A stretch of 64,000 nucleotides of DNA from Vicinamibacterales bacterium (lineage in GTDB: Bacteria; Acidobacteriota; Vicinamibacteria; Vicinamibacterales; UBA8438), in contig OZ244838.1 of assembly GCA_965220695.1 (NCBI GenBank), forward strand, positions 2,530,377 through 2,594,376, given 5' to 3'. Below the pieces are notes generated by a model. The model was not told where the DNA came from. It did not search any database and saw only the letters and a program-made list of their open reading frames with translations. Positions 1-9,595 of the stretch are shown in pieces (positions within the stretch are counted from its first letter, which is position 1; the number at the start of each line of letters is the position of its first letter). Both the position numbers and the translations under genes were made by a program.

Positions 1-435
1 TTCTTCCCGCCGGACGCCGCCCGGGGCGGCATCGACCTCGACGCGCTGGTCGTCGTCCGTCTGCCGGTCGCCGCTCAGTTGCCGCGCGCCGCCGAACACC
101 TGCTGCGCTCGGGCGCTTTCGGTCTGCTGGTGCTCGATCTCGGCGAGACGGCCCCCGTGCCGATCCCGATGCAGATGCGTCTGCTCGCGCTCGCCAGGCG
201 GCACGACGCGGCCGTGCTGTTCCTGACGCGCAAGCGGAGCGACGCGGCGTCGCTGGGCGCCCTGATCTCGCTCAGGGCGGAGGCGCGGCATACGCAGATC
301 GAACCGGCGGCCGGCCGCGGCAAGGAGACCGGCGTCAGCACCTTCACCTGCCAGGCCCTGATCCTCAAGGACAAACGCCGCGGCCCCGGGTGGACCCATG
401 TCGAGGTGCGCCGTGGACCGGATGGCTTGTGTTGA
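1..435 (+). CDS. imuA: ImuA-like (RecA/SulA-fold) SOS mutagenesis protein, C-terminal part; 5' end outside window
   Basis: Frame 1 is open from base 1 to the stop at 433-435 (track ORF 79..435 is its tail). It lies directly upstream of and overlapping an ImuB-like gene followed by DnaE2, the canonical imuA-imuB-dnaE2 order. Motif GAFGLLVLDLGE resembles the ImuA core. Assignment is mostly by synteny. Confidence 0.55.
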   Translation, partial: FFPPDAARGGIDLDALVVVRLPVAAQLPRAAEHLLRSGAFGLLVLDLGETAPVPIPMQMRLLALARRHDAAVLFLTRKRSDAASLGALISLRAEARHTQIEPAAGRGKETGVSTFTCQALILKDKRRGPGWTHVEVRRGPDGLC

Positions 436-1936
436 CGTCCCGGCGCTGCCCCTGCAGTTGTTGATCAGCCGTCATCCCGACTGGACGGATCAACCGGCCG
501 CGGTGATCGAGCGCGATACGCCGCACGGCGCGATCCTCTGGATCAACGAGCCGGCGCGGCGGGCCGGCGTGCTGGCGGGCATGTCGTACGCGACCGGGCT
601 GGCGCTGGCCGGCGACCTGCGGGGCGCCGAGATCACAACCGACGAGATCGCCACCGGCGGGGCGGCGATCACCGCGCTGCTCAGGCGCTTTACACCGCAC
701 ATCGAGCCGTCGGACAGTCACCCCGGCGTGTTCTGGCTGGACGCCTCCGGACTGCAGCCGCTCTTCGCCTCGCTGACGGCGTGGGCCGGGCAGATTCAGG
801 ATCACCTGCGGGGCGCCGGCTTCCGCAGCCGGATCGCGGTCGGGTTCACCCGCTTCGGGACGTATGCCACTGCCAGAACCGGCCGTGACGCCGACCGCCA
901 GGAGCGGAACGGGGTCACCGTGTTCCGCAACGCCGCCGCCGAACGGCGCGCCGCGCGCCAGGTGGCGCTCACCCGGCTCGACCTCGATCCGAAGTTGCGC
1001 GATGTCCTGGGCAAGCTCGGCGTGCACACGGTCGGCGCGTTCGTCAACCTGCCGGCCGCCGGCATCAGGACACGGTTCGGCGCCGCCGCGCACCGTCTGC
1101 ATCGACTGGCCGCCGGCGACCTCGCCCTGCCGTTGCAACCGCAGCCGGCTGTCGAGCCCCTGACGAGCCATCTCGATCTCGATGCGCCCGAGACCGACGT
1201 CCATCGACTTCTGTTCCGCATCAAGCATGCGCTCGATCCGTTGCTCGGCGCCCTGGCGGCGCGGAAAGAGGCCCTGACCGCGCTCGAACTCCGGTTGCGG
1301 TTGGAGAGCAGGGCCGGCGCACCCCGCGCAGAGCAGATCGAAAACATCCGGACGGCGGCGCCGACGCTGGACAGCCGGCAGATCCTCAATCTGGTGCGCC
1401 TGCGGGTCGAGCACCGTCCCCTGCCGGCCAGCGTGACGGAGATCGATCTCCTGGCGACCGCGGTACGGGCCACCCGCGAACAGGTGCGGCTGTTCCAGTC
1501 GCAGTCACGACGGGACCTGCGCGCGGCAGACCGCGCCGTGGCCCGCATCAGGGCCGAGTTCGGCGAAGGGACCGTGGTCCATGCCAGTCTGACCGACGGG
1601 CACCTGCCGGAAGCGATGTTCGCCTGGCGCCCGCTCGAACAGGTGGCGCGTCCGACCCCGCACCGGGTCAGCGTCCCCCCCCTGGTCCGCCGCCTCTTCA
1701 CGCAGCCCCGCCGCCTGCCGTCGCGGCTGCGGCACGAACCGGACGGGTGGATGTTGCGCGGCGTCCAGCATGGCCACGTCATGCGGCTGCATGGCCCGTA
1801 CGTGGTGTCCGGCGGCTGGTGGCGCAGCGCCGTGCATCGGGAGTACTACTTCGCCCGCACCCGGGACGACGCCTGGAGCTGGGTCTACTACGACCGCCGG
1901 CGGCGGGCCTGGTTCCTCCACGGTACCGTGGAATGA
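398..1936 (+). CDS. imuB: ImuB, Y-family-polymerase-like accessory protein of the DnaE2 mutasome
   Basis: 512-aa ORF. N-terminus MACVDVPALPLQLL (second ATG at 422) resembles the ImuB/Y-family start. It sits between imuA-like and dnaE2. The stop TGA 1934-1936 overlaps an ATG (ATGA). Confidence 0.8.
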   Translation: MSRCAVDRMACVDVPALPLQLLISRHPDWTDQPAAVIERDTPHGAILWINEPARRAGVLAGMSYATGLALAGDLRGAEITTDEIATGGAAITALLRRFTPHIEPSDSHPGVFWLDASGLQPLFASLTAWAGQIQDHLRGAGFRSRIAVGFTRFGTYATARTGRDADRQERNGVTVFRNAAAERRAARQVALTRLDLDPKLRDVLGKLGVHTVGAFVNLPAAGIRTRFGAAAHRLHRLAAGDLALPLQPQPAVEPLTSHLDLDAPETDVHRLLFRIKHALDPLLGALAARKEALTALELRLRLESRAGAPRAEQIENIRTAAPTLDSRQILNLVRLRVEHRPLPASVTEIDLLATAVRATREQVRLFQSQSRRDLRAADRAVARIRAEFGEGTVVHASLTDGHLPEAMFAWRPLEQVARPTPHRVSVPPLVRRLFTQPRRLPSRLRHEPDGWMLRGVQHGHVMRLHGPYVVSGGWWRSAVHREYYFARTRDDAWSWVYYDRRRRAWFLHGTVE

Positions 1937-2038
1937 GCAGTCATGCCGCAGTCTGGGCAAGAGCAGCTACTTGTTCCCGGGTGCCGTGAAATGAGCAGTT
2001 ATGCCGCCGTCTGGTGCAAGAGCAACTACTCGTTCCTG
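1926..2038 (+). repeat. Tandem 57/58-bp duplication of the imuB-stop/dnaE2-start junction
   Basis: ccgtggaATGAgcagtcatgccgcagtctgg-gcaagagcagctacttgttcccgg (1926-1980) versus ccgtgaaATGAgcagttatgccgccgtctggtgcaagagcaactactcgttcctgg (1983-2038). About 85% identity, with a 1-nt deletion in the first copy. Confidence 0.85.
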
Positions 2039-5000
2039 GAGGGAGCGTCCCACCCGGAAGAGCTGGTCGAGCAGACGCATGCGCTGGGACTGCGCGCCCT
2101 CGCGCTGACCGACCGGGATGGCGTGTATGGCGTCGTCCGCGCCCACGTCCGGGCCCGCGAGCTGGGCGTCCATCTGATGCTCGGCGCCCAGATGACGCTG
2201 ACCGGCGGCGCGCACGTGATCCTGCTCGCCATGGACCGCGGCGGCTATGCCAACCTCTGCCGGCTGATCACCAGGGGACGGTTGCGTCATGCCAAGGGCG
2301 CCTGCAGCGTGACCCGGGACGATGTGTGCGAGCTCGCCGGCGGTCTGATCGCCCTCTGGCGCGGCGCGGACGACTGTCCGGCCGACACGGCGGCGAACCA
2401 CGACACGGCGCTGCCCGGCCCGCTGCGGGACGCGTTCGACGATCGGCTCTACGCGTTGCTGGCCCGGCACCGCCGCGCCGGCGACGTGCCGCGGGAAGGC
2501 CGGCTGCGCACGCAGGCGCGCGCCGCCGGCATCCCCCTCGTCGCCGGCGCCGAGGTGCTCTATCACACACCGGCGCGCCGCGACCTGCAGGACGTCCTGA
2601 CCTGTATCCGACACGGCACGAGCCTCTACCGCGCCGGGCGCCGCACGCGGGCCAACGCCGAGCACGACCTCAAGGCGCCGGCCGCGTTCGGCACGCTCTA
2701 CGCCGACGACCCGGCCGCCGTCGAGCGCACGCTCGAGATCGCCGCCCGCTGCACCTTCTCGCTCGGCGAGATCCGCTATCGCTATCCCTCCGAGCGGTTG
2801 CCGGACGGCGCCAGCTCGTCGAGCTGGCTGCGCCAACTGACCGAGCAGGGCGCGCGGCGGCGCTTCGGCGGTGTCATCCCCGCCACGGTGGCGGCGCAGA
2901 TCGCCAGGGAACTCGCGCTGATCGACGAGCTCGACTATTGCGGCTACTTCCTCACCATGTGGGAGATCGTCGAGTTCTGCCGCCGCCACGGCATCCTGTG
3001 CCAGGGACGGGGCTCGGCCGCCAACTCGGCGGTCTGCTACTGCCTGGGCATCACGGCGGTCGACCCGACCCGGGTCGAGTTGCTGTTCGAGCGGTTCCTG
3101 TCCCGTGAACGCGCCGAACCGCCCGACATCGACCTCGACATCATGCACGAGCGGCGTGAAGAGGCGATCCAGTTCGTCTACGCGAAGTACGGACGCGACC
3201 ACGCCGCCATGGTGGCCAACGTGATCCGCTACCGGTCGCGCTCGGCCGTGCGTGAGGTCGGCAAGGCCCTGGGACTGCCCGACACGGCGGTGGACCGACT
3301 GGCCAAACGGCTCTTCCATTCCGAGACCCTCGATCAGCGCGCCGTCGCGCAGGTGGGGCTCGACACCGGCAACCCGGCCCACATGCACCTGCTGCGGCTC
3401 GCCGACGAGATCACGGACTTCCCGCGGCATCTCTCGATTCATCCCGGCGGCTTCCTGCTGGGACACGAACCGGTGCACGACCTGGTGCCGATCGAGAACG
3501 CGGCGATGGACGGCCGCACCGTCATCCAGTGGGACAAGGAAGACCTGGAGGACCTCGGGCTGTTCAAGGTCGACCTGCTGGGCCTGGGCGCGCTCACCCA
3601 GCTCGATCTCTCGTTCACGCTGCTCGAACAGCACTACGGGCGCACGCTGTCGATGGCCACGATTCCGGAAGGCGACCAGGCCACCTACGACATGATCTGC
3701 CGCAGCGACACCGTCGGGGTGTTCCAGATCGAGAGCCGGGCCCAGATGGCGATGCTGCCGCGGCTCAAGCCGCGCACCTACTACGACCTGGTGATCGAGA
3801 TCTCGATCGTCCGTCCCGGCCCGATCACCGGCGGCATGGTGCACCCGTATCTCAGGCGCCGGAACGGTGAAGAGCCGGTCGTGTATCCCCACGCCTGCCT
3901 CGAACCGGTGCTGCGCAAGACCCTGGGCGTGCCGCTCTTCCAGGAACAGGTGATGCAACTGGCGATGGTGGCGGCCGACTACACCCCGGGCGAAGCAGAC
4001 CAGTTGCGCCGCGACATGGCGGCCTGGCGGCGCAGCGGGCGCATCGAACGCCACCGCGACCGGCTCATCACCCGCATGACGGCCAAGGGCATCGAGCCGG
4101 CGTTCGCCGAGCAGGTGTTCGACCAGATCCGCGGGTTCGGCGAGTACGGCTTTCCGGAAAGCCATGCCGCCAGCTTCGCGCTGATCGCCTATGCCACCTC
4201 CTGGCTGCGGCGCCACTACCCCGATGTCTTCACCTGCGCACTGCTCAACGCGCAGCCGATGGGGTTCTACGCCCCGGCCACCATCGTCGACGACGCCAAA
4301 CGGCACGGCACCGGGATACGGCCGATCGACATCACCCGCAGCGCGTGGCGCTGCACCCTTGAGCCGCACACCGAGCGATTCGCGGTGCGCATGGGCGTGC
4401 GGTATGTCAAGGGGCTGTCCGAATCGCGCGACTGGACCCGCATCGAGACCGCCCGCCAAGCGGCGCCGTTCACCTCGATAGACGACTTCGTGTCGAGGAC
4501 CGGGCTCGCTGAACCGACCTTGAGCCGCCTGGCCGAGGCCGGCGCCTTCGCGGTGCTGCAAGGACGCCGCCGCGACGCGCTATGGGCGGTGCACGGTCTC
4601 GCGCGCACCCCCGCCTCTGCCCTGCTCGGCAGCCCCGCCGAGGACGACACCCCCGCCTTCGAGGCGCTGGACCTGCGGGAGAGCATCGCGTGGGACTATC
4701 GCAGCAGCGCACACAGCCCGCGGGGGCACCCGCTGGCGACGTTGCGCGAGGCGTTGACGGCGCAGCGTCTGCCCGACGCCCGCACCGTCGCGTCGATGCC
4801 GGATGGACGGCAGACCCGCTACGCCGGTCTCGTCATCTGCCGCCAGCGCCCCGCCACCGCGGCCGGCGTCGTGTTCATGACGCTGGAAGACGAAACCGGG
4901 TTCGTGAACGTGGTGATCTGGAAGACCGTGTTCGACGAGCACGCGTTGATTGGCAAGACCGCCTCGTTCCTCGGCGTCACCGGCCGCATCCAGCGGGCGG

Positions 5001-5089
5001 ACGGCGTGGTGCACCTGGTGGCGGACACGCTGTGGCCGCCCGAGCTCGACCAACGGCCAGACGCGGTGCACAGCCGCGACTTTCACTGA
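1991..5089 (+). CDS. dnaE2: Error-prone DNA polymerase DnaE2 (Pol III alpha-type, PHP plus polymerase core)
   Basis: Track ORF 1943..5089. Homology-style start [26 protein letters not shown] at ATG 1991 (the typical DnaE2 N-terminus). Motifs [22 protein letters not shown]. Follows imuB. Confidence 0.9.
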   Translation: MSSYAAVWCKSNYSFLEGASHPEELVEQTHALGLRALALTDRDGVYGVVRAHVRARELGVHLMLGAQMTLTGGAHVILLAMDRGGYANLCRLITRGRLRHAKGACSVTRDDVCELAGGLIALWRGADDCPADTAANHDTALPGPLRDAFDDRLYALLARHRRAGDVPREGRLRTQARAAGIPLVAGAEVLYHTPARRDLQDVLTCIRHGTSLYRAGRRTRANAEHDLKAPAAFGTLYADDPAAVERTLEIAARCTFSLGEIRYRYPSERLPDGASSSSWLRQLTEQGARRRFGGVIPATVAAQIARELALIDELDYCGYFLTMWEIVEFCRRHGILCQGRGSAANSAVCYCLGITAVDPTRVELLFERFLSRERAEPPDIDLDIMHERREEAIQFVYAKYGRDHAAMVANVIRYRSRSAVREVGKALGLPDTAVDRLAKRLFHSETLDQRAVAQVGLDTGNPAHMHLLRLADEITDFPRHLSIHPGGFLLGHEPVHDLVPIENAAMDGRTVIQWDKEDLEDLGLFKVDLLGLGALTQLDLSFTLLEQHYGRTLSMATIPEGDQATYDMICRSDTVGVFQIESRAQMAMLPRLKPRTYYDLVIEISIVRPGPITGGMVHPYLRRRNGEEPVVYPHACLEPVLRKTLGVPLFQEQVMQLAMVAADYTPGEADQLRRDMAAWRRSGRIERHRDRLITRMTAKGIEPAFAEQVFDQIRGFGEYGFPESHAASFALIAYATSWLRRHYPDVFTCALLNAQPMGFYAPATIVDDAKRHGTGIRPIDITRSAWRCTLEPHTERFAVRMGVRYVKGLSESRDWTRIETARQAAPFTSIDDFVSRTGLAEPTLSRLAEAGAFAVLQGRRRDALWAVHGLARTPASALLGSPAEDDTPAFEALDLRESIAWDYRSSAHSPRGHPLATLREALTAQRLPDARTVASMPDGRQTRYAGLVICRQRPATAAGVVFMTLEDETGFVNVVIWKTVFDEHALIGKTASFLGVTGRIQRADGVVHLVADTLWPPELDQRPDAVHSRDFH

Positions 5090-5210
5090 GACCGATCACC
5101 TGCCGGAGCACCGTCAGCCGGACACTGCGCGATCGGGGCCGGCGGGCGTCACCCGCGCCAAAGACTCCAGGATCACCGCGATGGGATGCTTGTCCGCGCC
5201 CGGCGTCTCC

Positions 5211-6455
5211 TCACTCGGGATTCGTGATGACGACCGGCGTGTTGTGCGCCAGCGTGAAGTTGCCGTCGACCACGACGAGTTCACCCGCGCTGACACCGCG
5301 CAACGCCGCGTCGTCAGGCAGGATCTCCGTCTCGGCGCCGTTGGTCTCACCGAGCCCCACGTATTCCCATTCGGCGACATTGCCGCGCACCACCATGACG
5401 AGCGGCCGGTCGTCGCTGTAGAGCACCGCGGCGTTCGGGACGATCAGTCGATCCGGGAGCACCCTCCCTGTCATGGTGACCCGAACGTGCGAGCCTGAAC
5501 GCAACGGCGGTTGCCCGGACTCCACCGACAGGGTGACCAGGCCGACGCGACGCGTCGCATCGACGAGCGGTGAGATCCGCAGAATCCTGCCGTCCAGCAT
5601 CCGGTCAGGATCCGCTGCCGGCTGCATCGTCGCGCGGCCTCCGGGCAGGAGGCTGGCCAGGTCCGCTTCCAGCACCTCCGCATGCACCTCCACCTCGTCG
5701 AGGTCGACGAGCGTCAGCAGCGGCTCACCGGCGCCAACGACCTGTCCCACCTGCACGGCCACCTCGGCCACGGTCCCGGCGAACGGCGCGCGGACCACGC
5801 ACCGGTCGATCCGCAACTCGGCCTCCTCGATCGCGACCTCGGCGGCCGAAAGGCCAACGTCCGCCCGGATTGACCGGTCCCGTTGCTCCGGCTCGCCCAG
5901 CGCGCCGAGGTCGCGCGCACGCCTGGCGGCTTCCAGTTCGCGTCGCGGGATCAACCCGCGCGCGAACAGCCGTTCCATCTCGTCGAACTCCGCCGCCGTG
6001 ACGCCGCCGGGTTTCCAGAGTCCACCGGCCACATCGTCCTGTCCGATCCCGCGCGACGCGTACTGCATCAGGGCGCGCTGCCGGTCGGCATTGGCCCGCC
6101 GCAGGCTCAGCTCCGCGTCGCGGCAGTCGAAGCGTACCAACAGATCGGCCGCCGCTACGCGGGCGCCTTCCGGCCACGGCAACTCGACGACCGCGGCCCC
6201 CGCGCCGCTCACCAGCTCCAGCAGGCGCGTCGCCCGCACCTCGCCGTCCACCGCAACGGAGTGGACGAGATCGCCCCGCCGAGCCGGGGCGACGGTTACC
6301 GGCACGGCCTGCCGCTCCTGGTCGCGCTCGACGGCAGGCGCGCGCGCCGGCGGATCGGCCGCGGACTCCGTGGATCCGACCGAACATGCGCCGCTGGCGG
6401 CGACGGCGCCGAGACCCAGGAGCATCCCGAGCCGTCTCACGCGCGTGGTCTCCAT
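5211..6455 (-). CDS. RND efflux periplasmic adaptor (HlyD/MFP family) lipoprotein
   Basis: 414-aa ORF. Signal plus Cys (LGAVAASGACS), a coiled-coil-like Ala/Arg/Glu-rich middle and a beta-barrel C-terminus. Last gene of the RND operon. Confidence 0.8.
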   Translation of the reverse strand: METTRVRRLGMLLGLGAVAASGACSVGSTESAADPPARAPAVERDQERQAVPVTVAPARRGDLVHSVAVDGEVRATRLLELVSGAGAAVVELPWPEGARVAAADLLVRFDCRDAELSLRRANADRQRALMQYASRGIGQDDVAGGLWKPGGVTAAEFDEMERLFARGLIPRRELEAARRARDLGALGEPEQRDRSIRADVGLSAAEVAIEEAELRIDRCVVRAPFAGTVAEVAVQVGQVVGAGEPLLTLVDLDEVEVHAEVLEADLASLLPGGRATMQPAADPDRMLDGRILRISPLVDATRRVGLVTLSVESGQPPLRSGSHVRVTMTGRVLPDRLIVPNAAVLYSDDRPLVMVVRGNVAEWEYVGLGETNGAETEILPDDAALRGVSAGELVVVDGNFTLAHNTPVVITNPE

Positions 6456-6491
6456 GCTTCCCTCTACAGACTCCTGGCAGCGCGTCAGACG

Positions 6492-9400
6492 TTACGCAGG
6501 CGCGACCCGCCCGCTTCGACGCACCAGCCGTTTCACCTGCTCGCCCGCCATGTACAACGACGGCACGACAGCGAGCACCAGAATACTGGACGTCACCAGG
6601 CCGCCGACGGCCGATCGGGCCAGGTCAGACCAGAGATCAGGCTGTCCGGTCTGCGGCTGATCCCACAGCATCGGGAGCAGGCCGAGTGCGGTGGTTGCCG
6701 ACGTGAGGAGGACCGGCCGGACGCGGTCGATCGTCCCTTGCGTGGCTGCGGCGAACGCGCTCGACCCCGCGCGTCGCAGTTGGCTGATCCGGTCCATGAG
6801 CAGCACGCCGTTGTTGTCCACGATCCCGACGAGCAGAATCACCCCGATGTAGCCCGACGACGTGAAGCTCGCACCGGTCCAGAGGTACGTGTAGCAGACG
6901 CCGATGAGCGCCAGGGGAATCGTCGCCAGTACGATGACCGGGTGCCACAGGCTCTCGTACAAGACGGCAAGCACCATGAAGATCACGACCACGGCCGCCG
7001 CGAGCGCGAGGGTGAGCATCCGCGACTCGTCGTCCGTCACCAGGTACTCGTCGAGCCGATGCACCGAGAAGCCGGGGGGCGGCCGGATCGCCTCGAACAC
7101 CTGTTGTTCGTACTCACTGGCAAGTTGCGGCGGTCCCTGATAGTCCCACGAGACCGTCACCCTGTACTCCTGGTCCCGTCGATCGATCCCGTCCGGCACG
7201 AGCTGTTCCCGTACGTCTGCAAATTGCTCGATGCGCGCCGGCGCGCCGTAGCGCACGGGAGCGGTCAACCGCAGCAGCGAGTCGACATCCTGCCGGTCCG
7301 CGCCAGCGATCCTGAACTCCGTGACCTCGGGCAGCCGGTCGTCGCCCTCGAACCCGTACGCCCGGGGCGTCGCGCGCGCGCTGGCGAGCGATACGAAATC
7401 GAGAACGTCCTGCGGGTCCGCCCCGAGCCGCCGGATACCGGCGGGCCGCAGCGACAACGCCAGTTCGCGCTGCGACAGGTCGAGGCTGCCCATCGTGGTG
7501 TTACCGCGCGTCGATGTCGTGACGCGATACTCGACCACGCGCGGACTCAGGCGGGCCTGCCGGCCGATCGCGCCGGCCAACTCGACGGCGCTGTCCAGGG
7601 TGTAGCCCCGCACCTGCAGGCGGCTGTTGTGCGACGCGGGGAAGGCGAGCAGAGGGCCGGCCTGGAACGGGTCGCCGTACCCGGTCACGTTGACCGACAC
7701 GCGCGCGAACGCCGCGGCCTGCTCCACGAGGCGCCGGCGTGCGACAAAAGGCAGGCCGCGCGCCAGTTGCTCGTCCGAGAATGTCACCTCCAGCCGGGCC
7801 GTCTGGCCGTCGACCTCCACCCAAACGTCGCCGACGTCCTCGGCGGCGCGGTCCGACAGCAGCGCGTCCTCGAACGTCCGAATGACCTGATCCGTCCGCG
7901 CCGGGTCGGTGCCGCTCGGTGTCTGCACCTCAACCTGCAGCCGCTCCGTGACCGGCGGCTCGAGAAACCGGCCGCGCGGGACGTCCTGCCAGAACCGCCA
8001 CCCCCCGTGGGCGCACAACGCGGCGGCGACGAGTGGCGTCACCCACCAATAGCGGACGACGAGCGCAACGGGACGCCGGAGCCGGCTCGGCCGGCGCGCG
8101 CCGGACGCCGCCGCCACGTTGGCGGGCAGCCATCGGACGCCGGCCGCCGGCACGATGAACCACGACACGACGACCGACGCCGCCAGCAGGGCAGTCAGGA
8201 CCAGCGCGAGCGGCGCGAACGTCACACCGAGCCGCCCCTCGAAGTAGATGAACGGCAGGAAGACACCGACCGTGGTCAACTGCGCGAAGAAGAGGGGCCG
8301 CGCCACCTCCGCGGCGCCGTCCACCACGGCGCGGCGGGTCGGCTCACCCCGCGACAGCCTGGTCGCGACGTTCTCGACGATGACGACCGCGTTGTCGACC
8401 AGCATCCCGAGACCGAGCGCCATCGCGGCCAGCGTGAGGATGTTGATCGACAGGCCCGCTCGCGTCATGAACGACAGTGTGAGCGCCGCGGTGGCGCCGG
8501 CGGTCAACAGCAGCAGCAACGGCGTCCGGAGGTTACGGAACACGACGAGCAAAGCCGCGGCCACAAACCCCAGGATCCAGACCAGCCGGCGGCCGAGCGA
8601 GCCGAGCTCCGCGCGAATCCGGTCTGCGCCGTCGCGGGTGATGAAGTGTCGGAGGTCGCCCGGCAGCGCGGCGATGCGCGTCGAGAGCAACGCCCGCACG
8701 CGGTCCGACAGCTCCAGCACGTTGGCGCCGGGCTCCCGCTCCAGCACCAGCGCGACGCGCGGCTGGCCCTGGAACCGGTATTCCCGATCGGGTGGCGCCG
8801 ACTGGCGTCGCACCGACGCCACATCGTCGAGGCGCACGCGCCCGTCGAAACCCGGCAGCCTCAGGGCGCGCAGCGATTCGAGCGTCTGCGCGGACGCCTC
8901 GACAACGACCTCCAGCCGACGCTCGGAGCGATCGACGTAGCCGGCGTGCCTCTGGCGCACGGCGTCCAACACGAAGGCTCTGACCGTAGCGGGCGCCAGC
9001 GCGAGCTGGTTCAGCGCATCCGGATCAAGTTCCACCGCCAGCAACTCGCGCCGGCCGCCGAGCATCGTGACGCGCGCGATCCCCTCCAACGCGACGAGAC
9101 GGCTCTGGAACTCGTCTCGCACCGTGCGGCGTAACGCCTCCGGCGACAGCGCGCCCGTCAGGAAGACGGTCAGGAATGCCTCCTGGCGCAGCTCCGGCGG
9201 CACGTATTGCAGCAGCCGGGGCGCACGGGCGCCGACCGGCCAGTCCCGTTCGAACACGCGCAGCGCGTCGCGCAGGGCGAGCCGACCGACGTCGAGCCGT
9301 GCCTCCGGGTCGAAAAACACCCGCACGACGGCGCGTCCGCGCTCTGTTCTCGACGCGACGCTTCGCACGCCCGCGAGACGCGAGGCTGCCGCCTCGACCC

Positions 9401-9587
9401 GCGAGGTCATCGCCGCCTCCATCGCCGGCGGCGCCGCGCCCGGCCACGTCAGGTCGACGTCGACGGCCGGATAGCTCAGCTCCGGCATCAACTCGATCGA
9501 CACCTGCGTCGCGTCGAAGACAGCGAGCACGCCAAGGGCGAGAGCGGCCATTCCGACGGTGACCGGATGCGCCGCCGCCCACCGCAT
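6492..9587 (-). CDS. RND (AcrB/MdtC-type) inner-membrane efflux permease
   Basis: Track ORF 6492..9974. The probable start is ATG 9587 (MRWAAAHPVTVGMAAL...), 8 nt after the stop of the upstream RND gene. 12-TM/large-loop architecture. AcrB-like motifs (VIVENV, LLVGIVDNNGVLL). Confidence 0.85.
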   Translation of the reverse strand: MRWAAAHPVTVGMAALALGVLAVFDATQVSIELMPELSYPAVDVDLTWPGAAPPAMEAAMTSRVEAAASRLAGVRSVASRTERGRAVVRVFFDPEARLDVGRLALRDALRVFERDWPVGARAPRLLQYVPPELRQEAFLTVFLTGALSPEALRRTVRDEFQSRLVALEGIARVTMLGGRRELLAVELDPDALNQLALAPATVRAFVLDAVRQRHAGYVDRSERRLEVVVEASAQTLESLRALRLPGFDGRVRLDDVASVRRQSAPPDREYRFQGQPRVALVLEREPGANVLELSDRVRALLSTRIAALPGDLRHFITRDGADRIRAELGSLGRRLVWILGFVAAALLVVFRNLRTPLLLLLTAGATAALTLSFMTRAGLSINILTLAAMALGLGMLVDNAVVIVENVATRLSRGEPTRRAVVDGAAEVARPLFFAQLTTVGVFLPFIYFEGRLGVTFAPLALVLTALLAASVVVSWFIVPAAGVRWLPANVAAASGARRPSRLRRPVALVVRYWWVTPLVAAALCAHGGWRFWQDVPRGRFLEPPVTERLQVEVQTPSGTDPARTDQVIRTFEDALLSDRAAEDVGDVWVEVDGQTARLEVTFSDEQLARGLPFVARRRLVEQAAAFARVSVNVTGYGDPFQAGPLLAFPASHNSRLQVRGYTLDSAVELAGAIGRQARLSPRVVEYRVTTSTRGNTTMGSLDLSQRELALSLRPAGIRRLGADPQDVLDFVSLASARATPRAYGFEGDDRLPEVTEFRIAGADRQDVDSLLRLTAPVRYGAPARIEQFADVREQLVPDGIDRRDQEYRVTVSWDYQGPPQLASEYEQQVFEAIRPPPGFSVHRLDEYLVTDDESRMLTLALAAAVVVIFMVLAVLYESLWHPVIVLATIPLALIGVCYTYLWTGASFTSSGYIGVILLVGIVDNNGVLLMDRISQLRRAGSSAFAAATQGTIDRVRPVLLTSATTALGLLPMLWDQPQTGQPDLWSDLARSAVGGLVTSSILVLAVVPSLYMAGEQVKRLVRRSGRVAPA

Positions 9588-9595
9588 GAGCGGCG

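Noticed and set aside
1967-4561. Very long antisense or off-frame ORFs (1967..4561 -, 5883..9134 +, 9207..10514 +, 41218..42771 +, 43887..46565 -, 56931..59840 -, 28296..29240 -)
   Set aside because: They overlap genes with clear family motifs on the other strand or frame. Their translations are Arg/Pro/Gly/Ala-rich low-complexity sequence, typical of spurious ORFs in high-GC DNA.
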